Origin: Octopus vulgaris
Taxonomy: Eukaryota
NCBI GenBank assembly: GCA_951406725.2
Contig: OX597822.1
Location: forward strand, 9,858,001 to 9,922,000
Direction: 5' to 3'
DNA length: 64,000 bases
The notes beneath the pieces were generated by a model. The model had not been told where the DNA came from and did no database searches. It saw nothing but the letters and a program-made list of their open reading frames with translations. The position numbers were made by a program, and so were the translations under genes. Positions 28,331 to 45,052 of this stretch are shown here, piece by piece. How positions within the stretch are numbered: the stretch's first letter is position 1; the number at the start of each line of letters is the position of its first letter.

Positions 28331-28450
28331 GTATATACACACATATATATATATATATATGTATGTATGTATATATATATGTATATATATCTATGTATCT
28401 ATCTGTATATCTCTCTCTCCTCCGCACCCCCTTCTCTCTCTCTTTCTCTC

Positions 28451-28488
<38 letters not shown>

Positions 28489-29250
28489 TATAAATATGTA
28501 TGTGTACATATTTACATATGTATGTATTCATATGATGTGTGTGTGACCAGTATCAGGGGCTTTGAGAAAGTCATCACTCCTTTCTCCTTCGTTTTGATTG
28601 ATAGGAAAACCATAGGAAAACTGATGGTTCTGTCCCATTACATTACCTGTTGCATGCTACTTGTCGAGTTTCGCGATCACAGTTTTTGTTTAAGAATTCT
28701 TATCTTAACAAGAACTACGTTCGCAAATACCTACCGTGCCCTGCTTCAGGCTTTTATCGTCCTATAGTGTCGAAGAGTGATCATCTTGACAGACACTTTT
28801 CACCAGGCTGAACCCATTCTTCTCTGGGTCTATTTCTAGTCAAATTCTTCCAATAAAAATACGCAAAGAGAGAGAGAGAGAGAGAGAGAGGGGTGGAGAG
28901 AATAAAAGAGACAGTGAGAGACAAAGGAAGAGAAAGAAGACTAACTCTCAGTACAAGTTTGGTATTTTGTTTTGTTGACGCCGGAAGTATGAAAGCGGAA
29001 GTTCATAATGGTGTTATTTGAACGCAGTGCACAGAGAGCTGGAACGAATATTGCAAAGTACTCTATCCGATGCACTATAACTCTCTGTCATTTCACCGCC
29101 ATCAAGCACTTATCTTATCAAGGGTCTAATGTAGCAGCGGCAGCAGCAGCAGCAGCAGCAGCTCGTGAAAATTTAATCAGGCCAGATGCACGGCTTAATT
29201 AAGGTAAAACTATTTAACACAATGGAGTATCGGGTTTCAATCATAAAATA

Positions 29251-29299
<49 letters not shown>

Positions 29300-29575
29300 G
29301 TCGTCGTCGTCAACGTCATCGTCGCCGTCTTCATCATCATCATCATCATCCATCATCATCACCATCATCACTGCCTTCTTCTCCTTCCCTCCTCCTATCC
29401 CCTTTCATCATTATCATCACCATCATCACCATCATCATCATCATCATCGTCGCCGTCGTCGTCGTATTTGTCATTATTTAATATGCGTAAAATAAGAATA
29501 ATTAAAAATGCGGCTGTACCATTGCAGGGCTTGTGGTTTATTGCTTCAATGATATCGCCAGCAGATGTAGAAGGG

Positions 29576-29606
<31 letters not shown>

Positions 29607-29926
29607 GATGGTGTTTTTTTTATTATATAATTCAATTCAATTCAATGCGCTTTATTGCTATTGCTGTTGTTATTGTTGTGTTGGTGATGATGGTGATGGT
29701 AGTGATGATGATGATGAACGTGGTGGTGAAAGTAATGATGGTGGATTGTAAGTGGGATGTGGCTAATTCGTTGATTGCGTTCTTGGTTGCGGTTAGGGCT
29801 TTATTTTTTGCCGTTGTTGTTGTTGTTGTTGATGCAGATTGTGAAATTCTACTGCTAGCATTATAAAAATAATAATTCTAATTGAGGTCAAACGGGTAAT
29901 CGTCCTTAAGAACCGCCATTTGCGAT

Positions 29927-29961
<35 letters not shown>

Positions 29962-30037
29962 TTAAGTGGGGAAAATAAATCGAGATATTAAAGAACGCTC
30001 CTCTCTGCTTCTTCAAAAATAATTTTTAATCCTATCC

Positions 30038-30074
<37 letters not shown>

Positions 30075-30390
30075 CTCTTTGTCTTTGTCTTTCTCTTTCA
30101 GTGTAAGTCTATTTGTATGCCTCTTCCTTCTCGCTTCTCACTCTGTTCTGTTTATTTCTTTCACCGTCTCCCATCTCACATGATTACCTGTCGCATGCTG
30201 CATGGCGTGTTACGGGATTTTCCTCCTGAGTATTACATACTTTATCTATTTACTATATTTTTTACACCTCAACTACTTCGCCCTGCAGGACCGTCTTAAG
30301 AGCTTTATAGGCCCATGGGCAACTAAATATACTGCACCCTATATTACATATTTACTGCCAGGAAGCCACAGCATATATAGATCAGAAAAA

Positions 30391-30610
30391 GGCGGCGAGC
30401 TGGCAGAGACGTTAGCACGCCGGGTGAAATGCGTAGCCGTATTTCGTCTGCCGCTACGTTGTGAGTTCAAATTCCGCCGAGGTCGACTTTACCTTTCATC
30501 CTTTCGGGGTCGATTAAATAAGTACCAGTTACGCACTGGGGTCGATGTAATCGACTTAATCCGTTTGTTTGTCCTCTCTGTGTTTAGCCCCTTGTGGGTA
30601 GTAAAGAAAT
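30391..30610 (+). mobile_element. SINE family B, full length
   Basis: GGCGGCGAGCTGGCAGA head; same body. Weaker copies near 19228, 20302, 31495, 41722, 42040 and 55918. Confidence 0.88.
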
Positions 30611-31148
30611 ATATATAGATCAGAATTGAATATCTAGACCCGTGTCGCCTGTGGACAACTGTCCAGTGTCCCCATACCTTGAGACAGTACTGTCTCCCAG
30701 CTAGTAAGTTTAAAGCATAAGTAAACTCCAATTCTCTGTCTTTCTATGGTCGATAACGATTCTCCACTTACCCAAGGACTATGTAGCAGCAGTCTCAGCT
30801 TATCAGATAAGCTGCATATTCTGACGTAGACCGGTGTAACAGAAGTAGTCTCTTTTACACGAACTTGTCTCTGTCCCCAACAAAGGTTAATCTTGGTTTT
30901 GCTTCTATATCCCTGTTCCGTAGTCTTACAATAACATAAAATAAACTCTCACAAACATAGCAGGCTTCCTCGAATTTTATATGATAACCCAGTACATCAA
31001 CGCTTAAAAGCGAACAATGTAGAATTCCCTTTCAGGCTAAACATGGCCAAGACTTTACTCATGAAGAATATTTAAATGATAAGACAAATAAACTTTACTC
31101 TATAGTACTGTTGCTGCATGTCTCTCATTCAAAGATTTAGAACTAATA

Positions 31149-31192
<44 letters not shown>

Positions 31193-31833
31193 CCCATGTG
31201 TGTACGCACTTCTATGTATGTGTGTGTATGTGTGTGTGCGTTTAACTAATTTAATTGAACAAATATTTATCAAATGTTGCAGTCATCTGCAATTACTTAT
31301 ACAATTATACGTATAATATTCCATCGTATCGAAAGAATGCATCCGAAACATTTAAAAGTTTAATCAAATAACAAGCTACAGGCGTAAACCAGAATGGCTT
31401 TAGAGTAATTCAGGAAAATCTCAATTTTGTCTTTGTTATGTAATCATTCACGAACTGAACTTTTTATCTGTATTTTAGTGTTTTGAACATATTGGCAGTA
31501 CGTTGGCGCAATTGTTAGCGTGCCGGACAAAGTGCTTATCGACGTTTCATCGGTCTTATGTTTTTACTTAAATTACCGTCGAGGTCGACTTTGCCTTTCA
31601 TCTTTTCGAAGTCGGTAATACACATACGTACAATAGTTATACCCCCACACACATGAAGCAGTTACTAAATGATAATGTAACTTTAAAAAAGCTTAAAAAT
31701 GGCGAAATAAATTAACACTTCGGCAACGAAACAATGGATAGCTCTAGCTCATATTTCGCAAGCTTTTTTGTGGTGTTTATTATAATACACACACACACAC
31801 ACATCTATATGTGTGTGTTGTGTGTGTGCGTGT

Positions 31834-31915
<82 letters not shown>

Positions 31916-32036
31916 ATGATTTAATATTCCGTTTAGGCATTCCGAGACTAATAACCTGGTGTAGAATTCAGAACGAAGCGTTAGTCGAGTGCAGCGCAGT
32001 AATAGAAAAATGAGATCACAAAGGATTAAACGATTA

Positions 32037-32077
<41 letters not shown>

Positions 32078-32120
32078 CAGCGTGCATATATATATACATA
32101 TATATATGTGTCTGTGTGTG

Positions 32121-32164
<44 letters not shown>

Positions 32165-32341
32165 CACACATAAACGCATATATGTGCATACACATATTGA
32201 TATGTACTCATCTATCTATCTATATATCTATATATCAATCAATCAATCAATCAATCTCTCTATGTATTAATATTTTATAAGCTTAAGGCTTATCACGGAG
32301 TATTCACTAAGGTAAATAATCTAATATTGGGGCATGTGTGT

Positions 32342-32412
<71 letters not shown>

Positions 32413-32963
32413 TGTGTGTGTAGCACGTCCAATGTCGCATTGGAACATACGACATGATGCAAGAAATATTAGGATATCGTGAGGCACTTAAGCAGTACGG
32501 CCATTTTGCTCTTCAGTATGCATACAGAACCTTGACTATGAAACTGCTTGATCTTTCCTGATGTCTGGCTTCTTTAATTCTCCTTAATCTAAACCGATAC
32601 AGAAGAGTTTAGTTCAGAGCTTCATGATACAAATATAATTCTGCTTCATGTGTTTAACTTCGCAAGAAGCAAATCTGTAGTGTTTCAGCAATCTGATAGC
32701 GAAATCGTTCGGAAGTGAGTCGAATGTGTTAGTTTGGATAATAGGGATAACAGGTCAAAGGGGAAAATAATCCTCTTAAGAATGCTACTTTATAATGTGC
32801 TTGTGTGTGTGTGTGGACTATTTATGTTTTACAGGCTTATTATATTTAAGTCTACAACAAGCGTGGAGTTATCAACTGAACGAAAATCCCGTAATGTTTT
32901 TATTATGTTTATACAATCACCGCAAAAATCCTTCCTTCTGATTACTGCTGTAATACACCCCAC

Positions 32964-33093
<130 letters not shown>

Positions 33094-33231
33094 ATCAAAA
33101 TAAGCAACAAGGATATCCAGAGGTAATGCAGATTGTAATCACCCCATTTTGAATTATATGGATAATACCATACTAAATTCTGGTACCTTTAACTTAAGTA
33201 CCATATTCAACTGAATCTAAATTTTACTGAA

Positions 33232-33283
<52 letters not shown>

Positions 33284-33353
33284 GGTCCCGGGTTGAGTCG
33301 GGGTTAACCACAGTAAATAAGGTTCTCAATACATAGCAGAGTAAATTAATTTA

Positions 33354-33458
33354 TTATATAGAAGGAGCTTCTACAGGACTAGAACTGTTTCATTCAAAAG
33401 AGATCATCGATCTCTTTTGAATGAAACAGTTCTAGTCCTGTAGAAGCTCCTTCTATAT

Positions 33459-33460
<2 letters not shown>
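33354..33460. repeat. Perfect 52-bp-arm hairpin within a short (TA)n-embedded insert (33281-33460)
   Basis: Arms 33354-33405 and 33409-33460, loop ATC. Confidence 0.92.
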
Positions 33461-33497
<37 letters not shown>

Positions 33498-33528
33498 TAT
33501 ATTTTGTGTATATCTATATCTATATATA

Positions 33529-33569
33529 TAGGCCGACGAAGGACAATCATCCTGAAACACGTGTCCCTA
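33529..33569 (+). ncRNA. Minimal type-I hammerhead motif (U4C variant)
   Basis: TAGG-CCGACGA-AGGA-CAATCA-TCCT-GAA-ACACGTGT-C-CCTA; all three stems pair, GUC triplet. Confidence 0.75.
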
Positions 33570-34078
33570 GATGCAGCCCGGGCGGCTGTGGATATTTGTA
33601 TCCCCTTCGTAAATGTATATAAGGACACAGGAAAAATGTGTCAAAGCCATCAGGAGGCGTCGATGCTTCCTAGGGCTAAACAGCGGTGGTGTACCCCCTA
33701 CTGTCACGTTCGTGTTAGATTGACAGTATGCAACCATTCTATAAATATATATTCATGCACACATAGATATACATGTTTGTACAAACACACACATATGTCC
33801 GTATGTATGTATTCACAGCTCATAAACACGCACACATACATAAATACTTGCTTACAAGAGTGCGGGTGTGTGTGTGCGCTTGTGTACGTATCTGGAAATG
33901 TGTATCTTAAACTGTTTTCTTCACGTTGTCGTTCAATATTTCTTTTGACCTGTTAAATGATCCTCTTGTCTTCACCTTATCACATTCAAAATAAATTGCC
34001 ATCAAGCAAAATGATCAACAATTGACAATAAACCATCAAATATGTAACAAGCTTGGAATGTTTTTTTTTTCTACATTT

Positions 34079-34498
34079 AGGCGCAGGAGTGGCTGTGTGG
34101 TGAGTATCTTGTTTACCAGCCACATGGTTCCGGGTTCAGTCCCACTGCGTGGCACCTTGGGCAAGTGTCTTCTACTATAGCCTCGGGCCGACCAAAGCCT
34201 TGTGAGTGGATTTGGTAGACGGAAACTAAAAGCAGCCCGTCGTATATATGTATATATATATATATATGCAAGGGTGTGTTTGTGTGTCTGTGTTTGTCCC
34301 CCTAGCATTGCTTGACAACCGATGCTGGTGTGTTTATGTCCCCGTCACTTAGCGGTTCGGCAAAAGAGACCAATAGAATAAGTACTGGGCTTACAAAAGA
34401 ATAAGTCCCGGGGTCGAGTTGCTCGATTAAAGGCGGTGCTCCAGTATGGCCGCAGTCAAATGACTGAACCAAGTAAAAGAGAGAAAAGAGTAAAGAGT
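34079..34498 (+). mobile_element. SINE family A
   Basis: Full-length match to the family. Confidence 0.9.
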
Positions 34499-35174
34499 AA
34501 TTTGTTAGATATGAAATGGCAGAGAGAGGGAGAGAGGACAGGGAAAGAGAAGGGAGAGGGGAAGATGTGGAAAGATAGTATTGATTAAGACAACTCTATA
34601 TTAGTTTTCGTTTATGACCAATCTTATTCTACGCTATTTCACTATTTCTTGAAATAAACCTCGGTCCTCGGTCATCGAAGTACTCTCTAAACATTCGTTA
34701 GACGTTCCAGAAATAGCAACCAATTCTTACTAATGCCGCACGCTAATCTAACAATATTAAATTACATACGCAAAAATATGAATAAATTTGGTTATATAGT
34801 CTTTAAATAGCTAAAAAAACACAGGATGTTTTTAATATTTGGAGCTGGTCTGATGTATATAACCAGCTGCATTATAGTTAACGTTTAAGAACAGGGCAAT
34901 GCTAACATAAAAATCTTTTGTAGGAAAACCAGTACAAGATTTAGAACTTATATATATTACTCAGGGCACATCAACAGAGGACGTCGTTCAGAACTTGAGA
35001 AATCAATTCAACTTAGAAAACACTAATGATGGTCCCTGCCAAAGATGTCAGACCTCACCTCTTTCGTATGTGTGAGTGTGTCAAGCGATAGTGGTGGAAC
35101 AAACAGACACACAAGCATACATATATTCCATCTTCCGTCTTTCATTTATCATATATATATATATATATATGCAG

Positions 35175-35314
<140 letters not shown>

Positions 35315-35422
35315 TATATATATATAAATTTGTACATTTTTATCATTATTCTTTTACAAAAAACAATGCAATTTTCTTTTTTTCCCCTTTCTAATTTTTA
35401 AAATAACTTCTTAAAACATAAA

Positions 35423-35463
35423 TATTCTTGACAAGTCATACAATGACGAAAACCGGTTGAATA
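35423..35463 (+). ncRNA. Minimal hammerhead motif (U3-A8 variant)
   Basis: TATTC-TTGACAA-GTCA-TACAA-TGAC-GAA-AACCGGTT-GAATA; lacks one T at the cleavage site that the sister copy near 58100 retains. Confidence 0.65.
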
Positions 35464-35551
35464 AATATATATTTATATATTTTATCATTTTCTCATTTTA
35501 TTAAAATTTTCTTTCATTTGAGCATTCTGCATTTTTTAAAAAATTTTTCCT

Positions 35552-35600
<49 letters not shown>

Positions 35601-35715
35601 TAAATTCAGGGTGAATACTTGATAAATGTAAGCACCTGTATATGCCAGCTTAGTAGCAGAGGTGAGAGGATATATGTATCAAATGAAAAAATAAAAAACA
35701 GAACACAAAGGATGT

Positions 35716-35809
35716 CACAGTACACGTGTTTCAAGCTTTATAAAACAACTTATTCTTACATCAATGTATAATCGACATAACAGATGGTTTAAAGCTCTCT
35801 TCAGCCTCA
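35716..35809 (-). ncRNA. Hammerhead motif with long stem-II insert
   Basis: TGAGG-CTGAAGA-GAGCTTTA...TAAAGCTT-GAA-ACACGTGT-A-CTGTG; a partial inverted copy lies at 35946-36024. Confidence 0.65.
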
Positions 35810-36032
35810 TGCAATTGCTCTATAAAAGACCTGTATCACATTATGAAAAGTCCGAAAAGGAACATTTGGTATTATCTATAATGGTAGGTATATTGAGTTT
35901 CACTGAGAAGGTATGTTTGTAAATCTTCATAATCAAATAGGTGTGCATCTGTTATGTCGATTATACATTGATGTAAGAATAAGTTGCTTTATAAAGCTTG
36001 AAACACGTGTACCGCGACATCCTTTTCCTTTG

Positions 36033-36112
<80 letters not shown>

Positions 36113-36316
36113 GACAGGCTTCTTTCAGTTTCAGTCTACCAAATCTACTCACATTCACATGGTGTTGGTCGATCCGAGGTTATAGTAGAAGACACTTGCC
36201 CAAGGTGCCATGCAGTGGGACTGAAACTGTCAGCAAACTTCTTACCACACAGATGCGCTTGCACTCTCCCATATATATATTTGTGTGTGTGTGTGTGTAT
36301 CACACACACATATATT

Positions 36317-37155
36317 CAGGGGTTGGACAAAATATTGGAAACACCTTAATATTTCAAACAAATTAATTTTAATATGGGGTAGGACCACCTCTGGCAGTAA
36401 TTACAGCTTGAATGCTACGAGGTATGGACTTAGTGTGTGTCAAATGCTTCTTTTGGCTGTCTCCACACGTATACTCGGCCGGTGGTTGGAAATAAGGTAA
36501 AGGATGATGCATCCGAGAAAATAACATTCTTCCACTGCTCTATGGACCAATTCTGTAGGTTTTTACTCCACTCTAAACGGTTAACAACGTTTGTTTGTGA
36601 AAGTAGTGGTTTTCTAATTGCAGCCCTCCCGTGAAATCCGGCTTTGTGCAGCTTCCGGCGAACAGTTTTTGTGGAAACTGGGTTCTCGAGGTGGTCATTA
36701 AGCTCTGCAGTAATTTTGGGAGCTGTACTTTTGTGATCCTTTCTAACAATTCGCGTAAGAGTCCGACGGTCCCTATCTGAAAGTTTTGGTTTTCTTTCTG
36801 GAGTTTTGTTTCGACGAGGAGGTTTTCCCTCTTTCTCAAAGGCTGTCATTACTTTCGAGACAGTACTTCTTGATACACCAAACATTTCGGCTGTTTTCGT
36901 TACGCTAGCGCCTGCCATACGAGCACCAACAATTTGACCTCTTTGAAAGTCCGATAGATCTGTCATTTTAATGAATTTTAATTACCTTTTTCTGATGATA
37001 TCTGAAAAGAAACAGCAATTTTAGCAAAACATATTAAGCAACACTAATAATAAATCAAAAAACATAAAAATAAACAAGCTTTTGACGGTTTTATAGATAT
37101 TTCAAAATTATGATGCTATGATGCTAGGTGTTTCCATTATTTTACCTAACCCTTG
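36317..37155 (-). mobile_element. Internally deleted Tc1-like transposon
   Basis: ~30-bp TIRs CAGGGGTTGGACAAAATATTGGAAACACCT / AGGTGTTTCCATTATTTTACCTAACCCTTG in TA-rich flanks; transposase N-terminus inside. Confidence 0.92.
36430..36966 (-). pseudogene. Truncated Tc1 transposase (paired-like HTH DNA-binding domain plus first catalytic Asp)
   Basis: LSDFQRGQIVGARMAGAS, AAIRKPLLS and WKNVIFSDAS; rest of the DDE domain missing. Confidence 0.9.
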
Positions 37156-37656
37156 TATATATATATATACTTGTATATATGTAGGCGCAGCATATACATA
37201 TACATACACACATAACACACATAGTGAAGGTGCGAGGCCTAGTGGTTGGGCTGTTACACTCACGAACGTGAGACCGTAGTATCGATTCTGGGATAAGATG
37301 GTGCGTTGTATTCTTAAACAAAGTATTTCATTTCATGTTCCTCCAGTCATTACGTGTTCCAACCCTTATGTAACGAAAGCCCTCGGTATATTTTCTCCTC
37401 TTTTAAGACTAGATCTTGTTGGTTTTGAATAATCAACGACGTGTCTGCAACTTTGCTTTCTTTTCTTGGCCCTACACAAACCCATTTTTACCACTAGGAT
37501 GAGGTGCCCCATATTAGGCTATTCTTTGACGTGTCAAACATAGGATGTACATCAAGGAGCTTGCACCCCGATAGCGTAGGTCTAAGGGTCATCGAGGAAC
37601 ACACGCCAATCACTCCACAACATGGACTTATGGACTGGACCTTGCAGCTGTCTATA

Positions 37657-37720
<64 letters not shown>

Positions 37721-37809
37721 TTACAGGATAGACAAAATGACGCGAGGGCGCTCACAGATAGATAGACAGATAGATAGATAGATAGATAGATCTACAGATA
37801 GATAGATGC

Positions 37810-37849
<40 letters not shown>

Positions 37850-38194
37850 AAACAAAGATAAAACGGACCTTTTTTTAACAACGAAAAAACTGAGTACAAG
37901 ACAAACAACACAAGGAAAATTCCCCTTCATCAGCTGTCCCTAGTTCGACTCCATGCGTGTTTCGAAGGTGACAGATAGATAGATAGATAGTTAGATAGAC
38001 GCAAGCGTGGCTGAGTGACATAAGCGCCACTGTTGCAGTGTAGTAAGACATTTGCTTTCCAGTCAAATGGTTTCGGCTTCAGTTCTACTGCGCGTCACAT
38101 TAGGCAAGAGTCTTATATCGGAGCTTGGGGCTGATCAAATGTGTGTCTGTGTATCTTTGTGTCTGTGTTTATGTCCCCCTAACTTGCAGTTCGG

Positions 38195-38244
<50 letters not shown>

Positions 38245-38355
38245 CTGTATTTGGGAATAGTCATGTTGCCAGTTTAGCCAACAAAAACACACGCACTATA
38301 TATTTGGTGTTAATTTGCTTCAGCTTTATATTATTTTTTACATTAATCTTATTTC

Positions 38356-38400
38356 GCCCAGAGTCCTTTACTCACACTTCTGTGACCTCATCAGTTGTCC
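38356..38400 (-). ncRNA. Degenerate hammerhead, family shared with 61394-61438
   Basis: CTGATGA-G-GTCACA...TGTGA intact; GAAA box mutated. Confidence 0.45.
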
Positions 38401-39028
38401 TTTGCTTTCTTCTTTCTTATTTGTGTGTCTTTCCTTACTAATGATCAGCCAGTTTGTATTTATATATATATCATACCTATGTATCAACAATATTTGTTTC
38501 AACACACGATTTCACATCAAGAATCTGGCAAAACGAATAAATAAACGTGTGTGTGTGTGTATGTATATATTCATATGTGGGTACAGGACGTCACAAACTG
38601 TGTAAACAATATGAAATACGAAAACAAACGAGTTAAATACCAAACGAGAGAAAAAAATGGAAAACAGGAAGCACGCACACACACACATACACACATACAA
38701 AAATACTCATTGAAAAGAACGTTGGGTAATTAAATATTTCGAGTCAAGAAGGGACTCAGGTGTTAGAGATATTAGTTCATGAAATAGCAAAAAAAAAAAA
38801 TGGAGGTAGGCAGGTTACCTAACCAGAGCAGAGAACAATAAACTGGGAATGGATTATCCGGGTGGAACTGAGAATTAGTGGTAGAAGGAAAGATCCTAGG
38901 GTGGGGAAGGGAAAGGCATCGAAGAACACATAACGGTAAAAGACTGATCTTGGACACGAATAGAACTGAGCTAAAAGAAGTAGAAACGGCTTAACGTATT
39001 GATATATCAATATATAGATACGTAGCTA

Positions 39029-39077
<49 letters not shown>

Positions 39078-39079
<2 letters not shown>

Positions 39080-39327
39080 CGCAGGAGTGGCTGTGTGGTA
39101 AGTAGCTTGTTTACCCGGAACCATGTGGTTGGTAAACAAGCTACTTTATTTCAATTGAAATATTGGAATTGAAATAAAGTAGCTTGTTTACCAACCACAT
39201 GGTTCCGGGTTCAGTCACCTTGCGTGGCACCTTGGGCAAGTGTCTTCTACTATAGCCTCGGGCCGACCAAAGCCTTGTGAGTGGATTTGGTAGATGGAAA
39301 CTGAAAGAAACCCGTCGTATGTATGTA

Positions 39328-39400
<73 letters not shown>

Positions 39401-39622
39401 GTATGTGTGTGTTTGTGTGTCTGTGTTTGTCCCCCTAGCATTGCTTGACAACTGATGCTGGTGTATTTACGTCCCCGTCACTTAGCAGTTCGGCAAAAGA
39501 GACCGGTAGAATAAGTACTGGGCTTACAAAGAATAAGTCCCGGGGTCGATTTGCTCGACTAAAGGCGGTGCTCCAGCATGGCCGCAGTCAAATGACTGAA
39601 ACAAGTAAAAGAGTAAAAGAGT
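39078..39622 (+). mobile_element. SINE family A with internal inverted duplication in its head
   Basis: Family match; 43-bp inverted arms 39114-39156 and 39167-39209. Confidence 0.9.
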
Positions 39623-39827
39623 ATATATATATATATATATATACACACACGCACGCACATTCACACGCATGTGTGTGTGTGTGCGTGTGCGTATGCGTGC
39701 GTATGCGTGTGCGTATGCGTGTGCGTATGCGTGTGTGCGTGTGTGTATACAAGGATAATTCAATAAATATACTGTTATTGTGAACTCCTTGAATTTTATT
39801 TCATAATTAGTAGTAAAGAAAAATACT

Positions 39828-43200
<3,373 letters not shown>

Positions 43201-43771
43201 TAACAATAAGGATAATAACCATCTGTGCTCGGCCACCGTTTTCTTTTTTAAATGCTAATAGTAAATTGCCGATGGTTGCATTTTGTTATTCCGCGCTATC
43301 TTTTTCGATTGTAAAGTTTCGTTGCTTTGATTGGAAGTAATGAAAATGGCGGCTAATTTCAGCTGAAGTTTTATGAATGCCCTGGGAACCAATATCCATT
43401 TGAAAAGGTCATTCCTTTGCCACGGTCAAGAAACCAATGCTAGGTTAAAGGTAGAGTAAGATGGTATACTCCCCCACCCCCACTCCACCCCAAGGGAATA
43501 TTCAGTTGGTTTGCGTGAAATTCTCCGTCTGCTCGGATTCGGAGAAAAAGTTCGGAGAGCTGTCTACGCGCAATGTGTGTGTGTGTTTGTGTGGATATCT
43601 GGTGCGTATGTGTGTATTTGTGTGTGTCTGTGTTTGCTTGTGTGTGTGTGTGCGCGTGTGTGCATCAGGAAAATGCAGTAGAAAGTGGAAGAAAAAGAAA
43701 GATAATGGTCCTAGTATGAGCAAAGAGTATCGTAACATAATAGATGATTTCGAATGGAAGAGAAGCAATAA

Positions 43772-43981
<210 letters not shown>

Positions 43982-44249
43982 CGATATGTGTGTGTGTGTG
44001 TATAGATATACATGCATGCACGTACGAGAGTGAGTCAAAATGTAATGCATTTTGTTTAGGACAGATATAATTACCAACACAGGAGCATGGATCATACACC
44101 AAAATGAAGCTGGTCCTCTGAGGATCACATCCCTATTTCTCAACATATCACCATCTCAATCTCAATAGCAATGTTCCACCATCGAATGAGAACATGTATC
44201 CCTGCCCCGTAAAATTCTGTTGACTGTTCTTTGTGCCACTTCTTCACTA

Positions 44250-44716
44250 CAGGATGAAAGGCAAAGTTGACCTCAGCGGAATTTGAACTCAGAACGTAGC
44301 GGCAGACGAAATACCTATTTCTTTACTACTTACAAGGGGCTAAACACAGAGAGGACAAATAAGGACAGACAAGCTGATTAAGCCGATTATATCGACCCCA
44401 GTGCATAACTGGTACTTATTTAATCGTTCCCGAAAGGATGAAAGGCAAAGTCGACCTCGGCGGAATTTGAACTCAGAACGTAAAGGCAGATGAAATACCT
44501 ATTTCTTTACTACTTACAAGGGGCTAAACACAGAGAGGACAAATAAGGACAGACAAACGGATTAAGTCGATTATATCGACCCCAGTGCATAACTGGTACT
44601 TATTTAATCGTTCCCGAAAGGATGAAAGGCAAAGTCGAACTCGGCGGAATTTGAACTCAGAACGTAACGGCAGACGAAATACGGCTAAGCATTTCGCCCG
44701 GTGTGCTAGCGTTTCT
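44250..44716 (-). mobile_element. Tandem multimer (~2.5 x 183 bp) of SINE B
   Basis: ATACCTATTTCTTTACTACTTACAAGGGG repeats at 44311 and 44494. Confidence 0.9.
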
Positions 44717-45052
44717 GAAATTATGTGACAATTTAGGCAAGTATTTTTACAATAATCTGAGAACAATCAAACCTTATTTATTTGACAAAAGCTCTTTGGA
44801 AACCCATCGAGGAAACTGTTACTGTTTTGAGATGCTATTCGTGACTGATTATCCAGTTTAACATCACCATATGGCTGTTGGATGCTTTTAGCCTTGTCCA
44901 TCGTTTTGTAGGCATTTAGAAGGTCCCGAGTCTGAAAGTAACTTCCTCGCATTCTCTCACCAATGACGGAAGCCCTAAAATGATTCATGGGGTTGGGGGT
45001 TATCTTGTCTTCTCTGATTATTACGTAAGAAATGTCCTGACAACAGACTATA

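Noticed and set aside
37900-37975. CTGATGA and GAAAC...GTC on the minus strand
   Set aside because: Boxes are in permuted order and the stems do not pair consistently; at best a degraded pseudo-LTR end.
38720-38775. GAGTC/GACTC stem followed by GAAATATT on the minus strand
   Set aside because: No upstream CUGANGA-type core.
44767-44988. 73-aa ORF faintly like a decayed RT segment
   Set aside because: No intact motif; cannot be supported without a search.
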